From an uncultured Methanolobus sp. (GTDB lineage Archaea; Halobacteriota; Methanosarcinia; Methanosarcinales; Methanosarcinaceae), in contig OY776215.1 in NCBI GenBank assembly GCA_963675495.1, positions 960,001 to 1,024,000 of the forward strand: 64,000 nt of DNA. Reading direction: 5' to 3'. The first letter of the stretch is position 1. The number at the start of each line of letters is the position of its first letter. The notes below the pieces were generated by a model. That model saw only the letters and a program-made list of their open reading frames with translations. It made no database searches and had not been told where the DNA came from. Positions 29,101 to 38,569 of this stretch are shown piece after piece. The translations under genes were made by a program, and so were the position numbers.

Positions 29101-31352
29101 AAGCAACAAAAACAGTAACTCTCACAGTACCTTATGGAACCGATGTTAACGCCCTGATTCCAACAATAATACATACCGGAGTAAGCATTGCACCAAATAC
29201 AGGAATTGCACAAGATTTCACGAATCCGGTAACGTATACTGTAACGGCAGAAGATGCCAGCACACAACAATATACAGTTACGGTGAATATAGCTCCAAAC
29301 ACAGCCAAAGAAATAACAAGTTTTGATTTTGAAGGATTAAATCCGGAAGTAGTAGGGCTAGTGGACGAAACAACAAAAACAGTAACTCTCACAGTACCTT
29401 ATGGAACCGATATAAACGCACTGGTTCCAACAATAGCACATACCGGAGTAAGCATTGCACCAAATACAGGAATTGCACAAGATTTCACGAATCCGGTAAC
29501 GTATACTGTAACGGCAGAAGATGCCAGCACACAACAATATACAGTTACGGTGAATATAGCTCCAAACACAGCCAAAGAAATAACAAGTTTTGATTTTGAA
29601 GGATCAAATCCGGAAGTAGTAGGGCTAGTGGACGAAGCAACAAAAACAGTAACTCTCACAGTGCCTTATGGAACCGATGTAAACGCAATGGTTCCAACAA
29701 TAATACATACCGGAGTAAGCATTGCGCCAAATACGGGAATTGCACAAGATTTCACGAATCCGGTAACGTATACTGTAACGGCAGAAGATGCCAGCACACA
29801 ACAATATACAGTTACGGTGAATATAGCTCCAAACACAGCCAAAGAAATAACAAGTTTTGATTTTGAAGGATTAAATCCGGAAGTAGTAGGGCTAGTGGAC
29901 GAAGCAACAAAAACAGTAACTCTCACAGTGCCTTATGGAACCGATGTAAACGCAATGGTTCCAACAATAGCACATACTGGAGTAAGCATTGCGCCAAATA
30001 CGGGAACTGCACAGGATTTCACTAATCCGGTAACGTATACTGTAACTGCAGAAGATGCCAGCACACAACAATATACAATTTCAGTGAATATAGCTCCAAA
30101 CACAGCTAAAGAAATAACAAGTTTCAAGTTTGAGGATCTTGCCGTTGATGGAGTGATCAATGAGGATATAAAAACCGTAGTTTTGACAGTGCCTTACGGA
30201 ACAGATGTAACCTCACTGACACCAACAATCGTGTACAAGGGAGCTAGCATTGATCCTGACACTGGAATGCCAAAAAACTGTACTGAGCCAGTAACATATA
30301 CAGTTACAGCAGAAGATGGGACCTATCAGGAATATACGGTGACAGTGAAAATCGCGGCAAGTTCAGATAAAGCAATAACAAGTTTCAACTTTGCAGAGCT
30401 TGACCCGACAGTCATAGGGACAATCGATGAAGAAGCGAAGACCGTTAAATTAACAGTTCCTTATGGAACAAACGTAACGGCCCTTATACCATCTATAACA
30501 TACATAGGATCAAATATATCGCCTGATACCGGAGAAGCACAGAACTTTACAAGCCTGATGAATTACACAGTAACAGATGCAAATGGCATCACTCAAAACT
30601 ATACGGTGAGTGTGACAATTGCAGCAAATGTAGAGACCACACCAACCGTAACACCAACAAGTAGCGGTGGAGGCGGCGGAGGTGGCGGAGGTGGCACTAC
30701 CGGAGAGGAATATGAGAATATTGAACTCAAGGATGTCAGTTCCATGTTTGTAAGAAAAGATATGTCAGTGAAATTTGAGTTCAGAAATGAAAGCAATGAC
30801 ATTCTGTACGTTGCGTATAAATCACTGAAAAATTCAGGGACCATCTCTGTTACGATAGAAAGTCTGAAAGACAGATCGACCTTTGCTGAAGCATCACCAA
30901 CCGGAATAATCTACAAGAACATTAACATATGGGTCGGAAAAACAGGATATGCAACTCCGAATAATATTGATGAACCTATAATTGGTTTTAGAGTGAACAA
31001 TAATTGGATAAAGGACAATGACATCGATCCAAATAGCATTGTTCTTAACCGATATGATGATAGTTGGAGCCAGCTTTCAACTGTTCAGACAAATTCAGAT
31101 GATGACTACCACTACTTCGAAGCAAGTACACCGGGCTTTTCACCTTTTGCAATAACTGGTGAATCTCTGGGAAGTGAAGAAAAGCTAAATGATGTATCTG
31201 AAAACTTATCTTCAATCCAAGATGATATCTCATCTGAACCCAATGGTTCAGAAGCAAATGAACCTCAGCCGGAAAATCCACTTAGTGCTCTGTCTGCTTT
31301 AGTCACTTGCCTGATAATATCTTTTGTCTGCTTCCTTATACGGAATCAGTAA
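26133..31352 (+). CDS. Secreted S8 subtilase (Kp43-like) with Ig-like repeats and PGF-pre-PGF domain (ORF track start 26058)
   Basis: Triad motifs VAVCDTGLD, GHGTHVAG, GSSMSTPIVAG; IHTNSWG, TAKNCITVGA; poly-Gly linker; TPGFSPFAITG; C-terminal TM. Confidence 0.92.
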   Translation: MNLKKIIFICIIMILLSSMTVAANDDNQILLKSSCLDTDIVSTQKENFRDEPKTIPMSGLIECSDKYYIVQFEGPIIQEWKDEIQTIGVEFFDYIPNNAFVLRMNETERRLVDSLEFIRWTGEYLPEYKCTSDIVTIPDKNITSDSENIIDLVVFVFDPDEISRIELDILAIDGLVFERSDTILGIRIETKNIEKLSFIDGISWIEQYEDPFLSNDVATSIINVDTVQNTLDLKGFGQIVAVCDTGLDTGVNDDSIHADIRGRILSITDLSGDGAADISGHGTHVAGSVLGNGAMSSGQYAGMAPEASLIFQAVETNDGALSGIPVNLYSIFQPAYDAGARIHTNSWGVNASGVYNFRSYYVDHFAWNNPDMLILFSSGNEGKDLDSDGLVDPDSLNSPGTAKNCITVGASENDRGETFSIGWYSTWGTRWPSLFDEDPLKNDYMADDSNGIAAFSSRGPTDDGRIKPDIVAPGTFIISTRSSRATWYDWGVVQENPSYAYLGGSSMSTPIVAGSAALVREYYTEIEKVTDPSASLMKATLLNGAYDMTPGQYGEGTTQDIDGRPDYSQGWGRLDVDNSILAEYPEVIAYFDYIPINSTSDSWDHTYDYAKSGQEIKATLVWTDFPGTPATSKALVNDLDLTITGPSGTYYGNDGPDHTNNVEGIEIENVVEGDHTIEVEAYNLPKAPQNFALVCAFTCDNNEYPANGSYAENSTTEVSADIVHPGGVDQDSIDLEINGVHVAFNTSTIQDGYRIWHNTPIPYASGENNAFITALTDSGQQFSYTWTFNIRPEISNFKFEGLEPIVEGLVDEEAKTVTLSVPYGTDINALVPTIAHTGVSIAPNTGIAQDFTNPVTYTVTAEDASTQQYTVTVNIAPNTAKEITSFDFEGLNPEVVGLVDETTKTVTLTVPYGTDVNALIPTIIHTGVSISPNTGIAQDFTNPVTYTVTAEDASTQQYTVTVNIAPNTAKEITSFDFEGLNPEVVGLVDEATKTVTLTVPYGTDVNALIPTIIHTGVSIAPNTGIAQDFTNPVTYTVTAEDASTQQYTVTVNIAPNTAKEITSFDFEGLNPEVVGLVDETTKTVTLTVPYGTDINALVPTIAHTGVSIAPNTGIAQDFTNPVTYTVTAEDASTQQYTVTVNIAPNTAKEITSFDFEGSNPEVVGLVDEATKTVTLTVPYGTDVNAMVPTIIHTGVSIAPNTGIAQDFTNPVTYTVTAEDASTQQYTVTVNIAPNTAKEITSFDFEGLNPEVVGLVDEATKTVTLTVPYGTDVNAMVPTIAHTGVSIAPNTGTAQDFTNPVTYTVTAEDASTQQYTISVNIAPNTAKEITSFKFEDLAVDGVINEDIKTVVLTVPYGTDVTSLTPTIVYKGASIDPDTGMPKNCTEPVTYTVTAEDGTYQEYTVTVKIAASSDKAITSFNFAELDPTVIGTIDEEAKTVKLTVPYGTNVTALIPSITYIGSNISPDTGEAQNFTSLMNYTVTDANGITQNYTVSVTIAANVETTPTVTPTSSGGGGGGGGGGTTGEEYENIELKDVSSMFVRKDMSVKFEFRNESNDILYVAYKSLKNSGTISVTIESLKDRSTFAEASPTGIIYKNINIWVGKTGYATPNNIDEPIIGFRVNNNWIKDNDIDPNSIVLNRYDDSWSQLSTVQTNSDDDYHYFEASTPGFSPFAITGESLGSEEKLNDVSENLSSIQDDISSEPNGSEANEPQPENPLSALSALVTCLIISFVCFLIRNQ
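28509..30630 (+). repeat. 8 tandem ~89-aa (267 bp) Ig/cadherin-like (DUF5018-like) repeats, the first six near-identical
   Basis: Units start 28509, 28776 ... 30111 (EITSFxFEG...VPYGTD...QDFTNPVTYTVTAED). Confidence 0.92.
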
Positions 31353-31482
31353 TTTTTTAATTGTGTTTGTACGAACCAGGTATAAAAGATGCATTAACAT
31401 ACCACTTTTTATTGAACAGCACTTATAAATATATTTGAAATAATATACATGCATTCAGAATGTAACTGGTGGATGCTGGCTC

Positions 31483-34400
31483 ATGCATACAAAAAACAAA
31501 ATACTGATAATACTCATCCTACTAATATCAATCACCGCTTTGACTGCCTCTGGAAGCACAAGCAATATGGAGGAAGCTCCTAATAGCCTCATCCTGCTGA
31601 AAGCCGGGTACGTTAATACGGATATGATCACAGAACTTGGAAATCAAACATATGAACAGTCTCCCATGGTTCAGTCTGCCCAATCCATTGGATATTCTGA
31701 AAAATACTATATTGTGCAATTCACCGGACCAGTACAAGATATATGGAAACAGAATATAACTTCAATCGGAGCTTCTGCTTACAATTACATCCCGAACAAT
31801 GCATTTGTTTTCAGGATGAATGAAGAGGTAAAAAGTCAAGTATATTTAATGGATCATGTAAAATGGATAGGAGAGTACAGACCATCTTACAAATATGAAC
31901 CTGAACTAATATCCAATGAAGATGAAAACACATACAACATATTACTTTTCTCTTCAGCAGATAAAGAAAGAATAAACTATGAAATCCAATCACTTGGCGG
32001 AAACATCCTTTCAAATTCAGGTAATGTATTAAAAGTACAAATCTCAGCAGATAAACTTGATGATATAGCTGCCATAAACGGAATAAGCTGGATTGAAGAA
32101 TACGTCCAGCCAAGAGCTACAAATGATATTGCCACAGGCATTATCACCGTGGATACCACGCACAATACATATGGGTTGAACGGTAGCGGACAAATTGTTG
32201 CTGTGTGCGACAGCGGACTTGACACAGGTGTGGATGATAACTCGATGCATGCGGACATTCGGGGAAGAATACTTAGCATCACTGATCTCTCAAATGACGG
32301 AAGTTCTGCAGACCAAATGGGTCATGGAACCCATGTAGCAGGTTCAATACTTGGAAACGGATCACTTTCAGGAGGACAGTACAGTGGAATGGCGCCTGAG
32401 GCTAAACTGGTATTCCAAGCAGTGGGCAATGATAGTGATTATTTCTATCTGCCAGGTGATCTTAGTGAAGTATTCCAACCAGCATACAACCTTGGAGCAA
32501 GAATACACACCAATAGCTGGGGAGTAACCTCATCTGGAGAATATACAATTCAATCACACCAGGTAGACCAATTCATGTGGGAACATCCTGATATGCTAAT
32601 CCTTTTCGCAACAGGCAACGCAGGTGAAGATTCTGATTCAAACGGAGTTATCGATAATGATTCAATTGGGTCACCAGGAACTGCAAAGAACTGCCTTACT
32701 GTTGGTGCATCAGAAAATGAAAGAGGAGATCGTTTTGGTGTAACACCTTATTTAAATTGGGGGAGCGGGTCATGGCTTGAATTTTATCCGGCAAATCCTA
32801 TCAAAGATGATTACATGTCCAGCAATAGCAAAGGTCTGGCTGCATTCAGTAGCCATGGACCGACGGATGACGGCAGGATCAAGCCAGATATAGTTGCACC
32901 GGGAACATATATTGCTTCCACAAGATCAAGTCTGGCAAGCACATCAGGGTGGGGAATCATTGATGAAAACTACCTATATATGGGTGGCACAAGCATGTCT
33001 GCACCTATTGTTGCAGGATCTGCTGCTATTCTCAGGGAGTACTATACTCAAGTTGAAAACCTTAGCAGCCCCAGCGCTGCATTGATAAAGGCAACATTGA
33101 TCAATGGAGCATATAACATGACTCCGGGGCAATACGGGACTGGAGATTATCAGGAGATATCAGGCAGACCTGACTATGCGCAGGGATGGGGACGTGTTGA
33201 TATTGAGAATTCGATCTATCCACAATATCCAAAAACAATCAAATACTTTGATAATCCAAGTCCTTTGAGCTTCAATGAATCATGGAATGTGAGCTATAAT
33301 GTCCTCTGCACATCTGAAGCGCTCAGAGTTACGCTCGTCTGGACAGATTATCCCGGAGATGCTGCTGTAGTCCCACAGCTTGTGAACAACCTTGATCTGG
33401 TAGTTGTTGGCCCTGATGACACATATTATGGGAATGGGGCTCCGGACACAGTGAACAATGTAGAAGATGTTGAATTACCGGAACCGGTTGTCGGCACATA
33501 TACCATCATGATAAATGGTACAAACGTCCCACAAGGGCCACAGAATTTCTCACTCGTGGTTTCATATGGTTATGATGGTACCGATATGTATCCCGAACAT
33601 GACTCATGCACAACTAACAGCACAACTGCTGTTTATATGAACCTTACACATGCCGACGGAATTGATTCCGGTACCATAAATATGACAATCGACGGTTCAA
33701 ATGTGATACACTCTCTTGATAGCATCACTGGTGGATACAAAGTAGAGAATCTGCCGGCACAGCCATACTCAGAAGGTTATCACAACGTATCTGTCAGTGC
33801 ATTGACAAATCTAAGTGAAGAAATAAGTTATGGATGGAGATTTTACGTCAGTGTTGAAGATAATATAATAAATATACAGGGACTTGCAGAAAATTCCGTA
33901 ATACATGAAGATGAATTTGATATAAATGTAACTAGCAACAAATTATGTGACTTCTGGTACAATGTTAATAATGGAACTAATTCCACAAATGAAACCGGAT
34001 TCTCATTCAATACCACCCTGAACCTAAATGAAGGCACTCATAATCTAACGGTCTTTGCTGAAGATATCGCAGGATACACAAATTCGACTACTGTGAATTT
34101 TACTGTGTTCACAAGCCAGCCAGTAATAGATACACCTGTGTCTGGAACAATATACTACTTCCCGAATAACAGTTTTGCAATGAACGGAACTGGCGGCATA
34201 GCAACAAACGTTTCAGTCTACGTGAACGAAGCAATGACAAACTGGTCATATCCGGTTTCAAACGAACTGTTCAACCTAAGCAACATTCCTCTTTCTAACG
34301 GAACAAACACCATCAATATCACTTCTATCTACAACAATTCAGTGAACGACTATTTCAGTTCTAATAGCACCATATGCCTAAGCCTTGGGGAGACATTCAA

Positions 34401-35784
34401 CACAGAAGGTAATGATGAAGTTACACTTGCAGTTCCCGGTATGGAAAGCAATGTAAATCATCCGGCACTTAGCTTCAATGTTACCGGCACATCTGCCAAT
34501 CCGGGAAATGTGTCTGCTGCAGTCACAAAGGGCGAAGAACCTGGAAATGGATCAATTCTTACAGGCCCGGCAATTGACATCAGGGTGCTGAATGAATCAA
34601 ATGTGAACTATTCACATCAGTTCGGAAGAAACGTTTCCCTTACACTTGGATATGATCAAAGTCTTGTAAATGATACCGATAAACTTGTTGTCGCATGGTA
34701 TGACAATGAGGAGGAGATCTGGACCCCATTCAGAAGTACGGTGAACACCTCTGCACACACAGTTACCGCAAATATTACTCACCTGAGTATTTATGCTCCA
34801 CTTGAGGATAGTACCGCACCTATCATCAGTAATCTTGCTAGTTACGGTAGCACTACATCCATAACTCTCACATGGGAAGCATCAAATGACACGGACTACG
34901 TGGAACTATGGAAAGATGAGGCTTTCCTTGCAAACTATTCAACTTCACCGATTAAGGACACAGGTCTGTCTTCCGGTACAAGCTATAATTATAGTCTTAA
35001 ACCATTCGACTTTGTAGGTAACTCTGGAAACTGGTCCAATACTACCGTAACAACATCCACACCGGTTACTGCCACATCAGCTTCCTCCAGCGGAGGTGGA
35101 GGAGGAGGAGGCGGTGGGGGCTCCACAGGCGAAGATGTTGAGAACATCGTATTCAAAGATGTGCTTTCAGTGTATGCCGGAATGGATGACATCGTAGACT
35201 TTGATTTTGATGATGATAAGAACGATATTGACTATATACGCTATGACTCACTGAAAAATGCTGGAAAAATAAGTACTACCATTGAAATATTGAAGAGCAA
35301 ATCCACATTTGCAGATAAACCTGTATCAGGATTAGTATACAAAAATATGAATATCTGGGTGGGTAAGACAGGTTATGCCACAGAGAGTAACATCAAAAAC
35401 CCGGTTATTGGGTTCAGGGTCAGTAAAGAATGGATAGATAACAATGACATTGATCCAGCCACCATAGCACTGAACAGGTACAATGGAGATGTCTGGGAAA
35501 TACTTAGTACAAAACAAAATGACCCTGAAGATGACTATCTTTACTTTGAAGCAAACACTCCGGGATTCTCACCTTTTGCAATTACTGCAGAAGAAACACT
35601 GGAAAACAATATCGAAGAAGTTGTAATGACTGACATGGAAAAAGAAGATATTACAGATACAACTACATCCCCAACAGAAGAAAATGAAAATGATAGTACT
35701 AGAGATATTCCTGCTATGTCAGGTCTTGTAACAGTATTGATACTATCAATTGTCTGTGTACTTGTCAGTAAACAGCAAAATTAA
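31483..35784 (+). CDS. Secreted S8 subtilase (Kp43-like) paralog with Ig/FN3-like domains and PGF-pre-PGF domain
   Basis: VAVCDSGLD, GHGTHVAG, GTSMSAPIVAG; poly-Gly linker; TPGFSPFAITA; C-terminal TM. Confidence 0.92.
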   Translation: MHTKNKILIILILLISITALTASGSTSNMEEAPNSLILLKAGYVNTDMITELGNQTYEQSPMVQSAQSIGYSEKYYIVQFTGPVQDIWKQNITSIGASAYNYIPNNAFVFRMNEEVKSQVYLMDHVKWIGEYRPSYKYEPELISNEDENTYNILLFSSADKERINYEIQSLGGNILSNSGNVLKVQISADKLDDIAAINGISWIEEYVQPRATNDIATGIITVDTTHNTYGLNGSGQIVAVCDSGLDTGVDDNSMHADIRGRILSITDLSNDGSSADQMGHGTHVAGSILGNGSLSGGQYSGMAPEAKLVFQAVGNDSDYFYLPGDLSEVFQPAYNLGARIHTNSWGVTSSGEYTIQSHQVDQFMWEHPDMLILFATGNAGEDSDSNGVIDNDSIGSPGTAKNCLTVGASENERGDRFGVTPYLNWGSGSWLEFYPANPIKDDYMSSNSKGLAAFSSHGPTDDGRIKPDIVAPGTYIASTRSSLASTSGWGIIDENYLYMGGTSMSAPIVAGSAAILREYYTQVENLSSPSAALIKATLINGAYNMTPGQYGTGDYQEISGRPDYAQGWGRVDIENSIYPQYPKTIKYFDNPSPLSFNESWNVSYNVLCTSEALRVTLVWTDYPGDAAVVPQLVNNLDLVVVGPDDTYYGNGAPDTVNNVEDVELPEPVVGTYTIMINGTNVPQGPQNFSLVVSYGYDGTDMYPEHDSCTTNSTTAVYMNLTHADGIDSGTINMTIDGSNVIHSLDSITGGYKVENLPAQPYSEGYHNVSVSALTNLSEEISYGWRFYVSVEDNIINIQGLAENSVIHEDEFDINVTSNKLCDFWYNVNNGTNSTNETGFSFNTTLNLNEGTHNLTVFAEDIAGYTNSTTVNFTVFTSQPVIDTPVSGTIYYFPNNSFAMNGTGGIATNVSVYVNEAMTNWSYPVSNELFNLSNIPLSNGTNTINITSIYNNSVNDYFSSNSTICLSLGETFNTEGNDEVTLAVPGMESNVNHPALSFNVTGTSANPGNVSAAVTKGEEPGNGSILTGPAIDIRVLNESNVNYSHQFGRNVSLTLGYDQSLVNDTDKLVVAWYDNEEEIWTPFRSTVNTSAHTVTANITHLSIYAPLEDSTAPIISNLASYGSTTSITLTWEASNDTDYVELWKDEAFLANYSTSPIKDTGLSSGTSYNYSLKPFDFVGNSGNWSNTTVTTSTPVTATSASSSGGGGGGGGGGSTGEDVENIVFKDVLSVYAGMDDIVDFDFDDDKNDIDYIRYDSLKNAGKISTTIEILKSKSTFADKPVSGLVYKNMNIWVGKTGYATESNIKNPVIGFRVSKEWIDNNDIDPATIALNRYNGDVWEILSTKQNDPEDDYLYFEANTPGFSPFAITAEETLENNIEEVVMTDMEKEDITDTTTSPTEENENDSTRDIPAMSGLVTVLILSIVCVLVSKQQN

Positions 35785-35822
35785 TATTCAACTGCATACC
35801 ATTTAGCGCTGGAGAAATCAAG

Positions 35823-36836
35823 TTGAAAGGAACAGTGCTTGGTATCGAGGGTACCGCATGGAATCTCAGTGCTGCAATCGTTAATGAAAAAGATGTTATT
35901 GCAGAAGTATCTGATATGTATCGGCCCCCCAGTGGAGGAATTCATCCCAGGGAAGCTGCCCAGCATCATGCAAAGTATGCTTCTTATGTAGTAAAGGGAG
36001 TGCTGGAAGAAGCAAAGAAAAATGGAGTGGATGCTTCACAGATAGATGCTATATCTTTTTCCCAGGGACCTGGACTTGGCGCATGCCTGCGCACCGTGGC
36101 AACTGCCGCCAGGATGCTTTCAATAAGTCTGGATATACCCCTTGTTGGTGTAAATCACTGTCTTGCCCATGTAGAAGTAGGCCGCTGGAAAACTCCTGCA
36201 ACTGATCCTGTAACCCTCTATGTCAGTGGTGCCAACTCGCAGGTACTGGCTTACAGGATGGGAAAATACAGGGTATTCGGAGAAACACTGGATATTGGTC
36301 TTGGAAATGCCTTTGATAAGTTTGCAAGAAGTGCCGGACTTGGACACCCTGGCGGGCCACAGATAGAGCAGTTTGCAAAGAAAGCATCAAAATATATCTC
36401 TCTTCCTTATGTAGTGAAGGGAATGGACCTCTCTTTTTCAGGATTATCCACGGCTGCAACAGATGCCCTTAAAGTTAATTCCATGGAAGATGTGTGTTAT
36501 TCATTCCAGGAAACTGCCTTTGCAATGGTTGTGGAGGTTACAGAACGTGCCCTTGCACACACTGGAAAGAACGAAGTCCTTCTGGCAGGTGGAGTGGGAG
36601 CTAATATGAGACTGCGGGAAATGCTGGATATAATGTGCACAGAAAGAGGAGCTTCTTTCTATGTACCGGAAAAAAGGTTCATGGGAGATAATGGTGCTAT
36701 GATAGCATATCTTGGACTTTTGATGTATGATTCAGGAAATGTAATTGATATCGAGAATTCACATGTGAATCCTAATTTCCGGCCCGATAGTGTGGATGTT
36801 ACATGGCTCCCGAAAGACTTTGCAGGCGGGATTTGA
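35823..36836 (+). CDS. kae1: tRNA N6-threonylcarbamoyladenosine synthase Kae1 (KEOPS)
   Basis: LGIEGTAW, GGIHPREAAQHH, GPGLGACL, VNHCLAHVE, DNGAMIA. Confidence 0.95.
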   Translation: MKGTVLGIEGTAWNLSAAIVNEKDVIAEVSDMYRPPSGGIHPREAAQHHAKYASYVVKGVLEEAKKNGVDASQIDAISFSQGPGLGACLRTVATAARMLSISLDIPLVGVNHCLAHVEVGRWKTPATDPVTLYVSGANSQVLAYRMGKYRVFGETLDIGLGNAFDKFARSAGLGHPGGPQIEQFAKKASKYISLPYVVKGMDLSFSGLSTAATDALKVNSMEDVCYSFQETAFAMVVEVTERALAHTGKNEVLLAGGVGANMRLREMLDIMCTERGASFYVPEKRFMGDNGAMIAYLGLLMYDSGNVIDIENSHVNPNFRPDSVDVTWLPKDFAGGI

Positions 36837-36838
36837 AC

Positions 36839-37411
36839 ATGTATTTGACAAGTGGTGCTGAAGCAACCGTAAAACTGGAAGATGGAGTGCTCATCAAGGA
36901 GAGAGTGCCAAAAAACTATCGTCTGAAAGAGCTTGATGAAAGGATAAGAAAGGAAAGAACAAAAGCCGAGGCAAGACTGCTATCCGAAGCCAGGAGAGCT
37001 GGCGTGCCCACACCCATCATCTATGACATCGAAAATTCCACCATCAAAATGCAGTATCTCGATGGAACTGCGATAAAACATGTGATCGATGAGAATATAA
37101 GTGAACAAATTGGACATCTTGTTTCTGAATTACATATGGCAGGCATTATTCACGGAGACCTAACAACATCCAACCTGATAGTTTTCAACGACCGGATATA
37201 TATGATAGATTTTGGACTCTCATTTAATGACAGTAGCATCGAGGCACGTGGTGTGGATGTACATGTTCTGTTCCAGACATTTGAGAGCACACACCGTGAC
37301 CATGAGAAACTAATCGAGTCATTCTGCAGGGGCTACAGAAAAGAATTCAGGCAGGCAGATGAAGTGCTTGATAGAGTAAAAGAGATTGAAAAGCGAGGAA
37401 GATATGCGTAA
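36839..37411 (+). CDS. bud32: KEOPS kinase Bud32 (ORF track start 36803)
   Basis: GAEA, KERVPKNYR, IIHGDLTTSN, IDFGL, RGRY C-terminus. Confidence 0.93.
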   Translation: MYLTSGAEATVKLEDGVLIKERVPKNYRLKELDERIRKERTKAEARLLSEARRAGVPTPIIYDIENSTIKMQYLDGTAIKHVIDENISEQIGHLVSELHMAGIIHGDLTTSNLIVFNDRIYMIDFGLSFNDSSIEARGVDVHVLFQTFESTHRDHEKLIESFCRGYRKEFRQADEVLDRVKEIEKRGRYA

Positions 37412-37949
37412 AATAGTATTTGTTACAGGTAATAAGGGTAAGTTCAGAGAAGTAAAGGACATACTTGCGGCAAGGGGATTTGAAGTCATACAGAACACGG
37501 ATGGCTATCCTGAACTCCAGGAAGATGATCTGGAGCCTATTGCTGCATACGGTGCAAAATGGGCATCGGGTAAATTAAGACTACCTGTGATGGTGGATGA
37601 TTCAGGATTATTCATAAAAGTGCTCAATGGCTTTCCCGGACCGTACTCAGCATTTGTCGAAAAGAACCTTGGAAACCAAAAAGTCCTTAAAATAATGGAG
37701 GATGAAACTGAAAGAGCAGCAATGTTCAAATCGGTTATCGGATACTGTGAACCCGATGGTGAACCACTCACGTTTACAGGAATAGTTGAAGGAAACATCG
37801 CTTTTGAAGAACTGGGAACCGGGGGGTTCGGATATGACCCTATATTCGATTACAATGGAAAGACCTTCGGAGAACTTGGAGACGAGTTCAAGAATACTGT
37901 TTCACATCGCAGAAGAGCACTTGATAAGTTCTTAGAATGGCTGAAATGA
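37404..37949 (+). CDS. Non-canonical purine NTP pyrophosphatase (RdgB/HAM1)
   Basis: FVTGNKGK, DDSGL, GFPGPYS, GFGYDPIF, SHRRRA. Confidence 0.95.
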   Translation: MRKIVFVTGNKGKFREVKDILAARGFEVIQNTDGYPELQEDDLEPIAAYGAKWASGKLRLPVMVDDSGLFIKVLNGFPGPYSAFVEKNLGNQKVLKIMEDETERAAMFKSVIGYCEPDGEPLTFTGIVEGNIAFEELGTGGFGYDPIFDYNGKTFGELGDEFKNTVSHRRRALDKFLEWLK

Positions 37950-37970
37950 TATAGAAGGAGAAAATAAAAA

Positions 37971-38561
37971 GTGTTGGGGGTTAAAGGAACTACATTTTTC
38001 AGGGATACACGTGGTGCGGACACCATCCCTCTTAAAATGGTGTTTTATCTTGCAGTTACAGCCATTGTAATATTCCTTGTAGCTTTTTCATGGAATAATC
38101 TGTCTCCAATCTATTCAGGGGCAAAGGACAGCAAGCAGATCAATGACGCTGCACTTGAGCTCTTGTCTATACAAAACGGATATTCAAGGACCCTTCAGGA
38201 ACATAATAGCCCACAGGGATCCACGTGCACTATCAAATTGTCAATGCCTGATGTAGATTATCTGGCATTTGGAGTTGACCCGGACCCGGATATGAATAAC
38301 AACCTTACTGATACTCACTGGATCCAGGAAAACAATACAATTATCTGCCAGTACAAAAACGGCGTCAAGAACAGATATGATATTGAGGCTAATGTGGTCG
38401 ATTTCAGAAAAGGAAAGCTGGATAATAAAGGAAAGTGGGCTCTTGATGATAACCAGAATAAAAGTGAAAATATGGGAGTTGTAATTGAAGGACCCATATC
38501 AGGAAAATTCGATTTTGAACTTGTACTGGCAGATAAGAAATATACACTTTCACATTTTTGA
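37971..38561 (+). CDS. Hypothetical secreted protein with possible class III (pilin-like) signal peptide
   Basis: DTRG|ADTIPLKMVFYLAVTAIVIFLV: charged, then G, then hydrophobic N-terminus. Confidence 0.55.
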   Translation: MLGVKGTTFFRDTRGADTIPLKMVFYLAVTAIVIFLVAFSWNNLSPIYSGAKDSKQINDAALELLSIQNGYSRTLQEHNSPQGSTCTIKLSMPDVDYLAFGVDPDPDMNNNLTDTHWIQENNTIICQYKNGVKNRYDIEANVVDFRKGKLDNKGKWALDDNQNKSENMGVVIEGPISGKFDFELVLADKKYTLSHF

Positions 38562-38569
38562 GTTGAACT

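Noticed and set aside
28598-30160. Repeated 86-aa antisense ORFs (and similar ones opposite chelatases and rpo genes)
   Set aside because: Antisense shadows of coding repeats with no independent signals
28509-30630. CRISPR array or mobile-element repeats
   Set aside because: Repeats are 267 bp (330 and 441 bp elsewhere), in frame, with no unique spacers and no cas, transposase or reverse transcriptase genes
35823-37411. Kae1/Bud32 as a broken fusion gene
   Set aside because: Both parts are complete with their own starts; separate kae1 and bud32 genes are common in archaea
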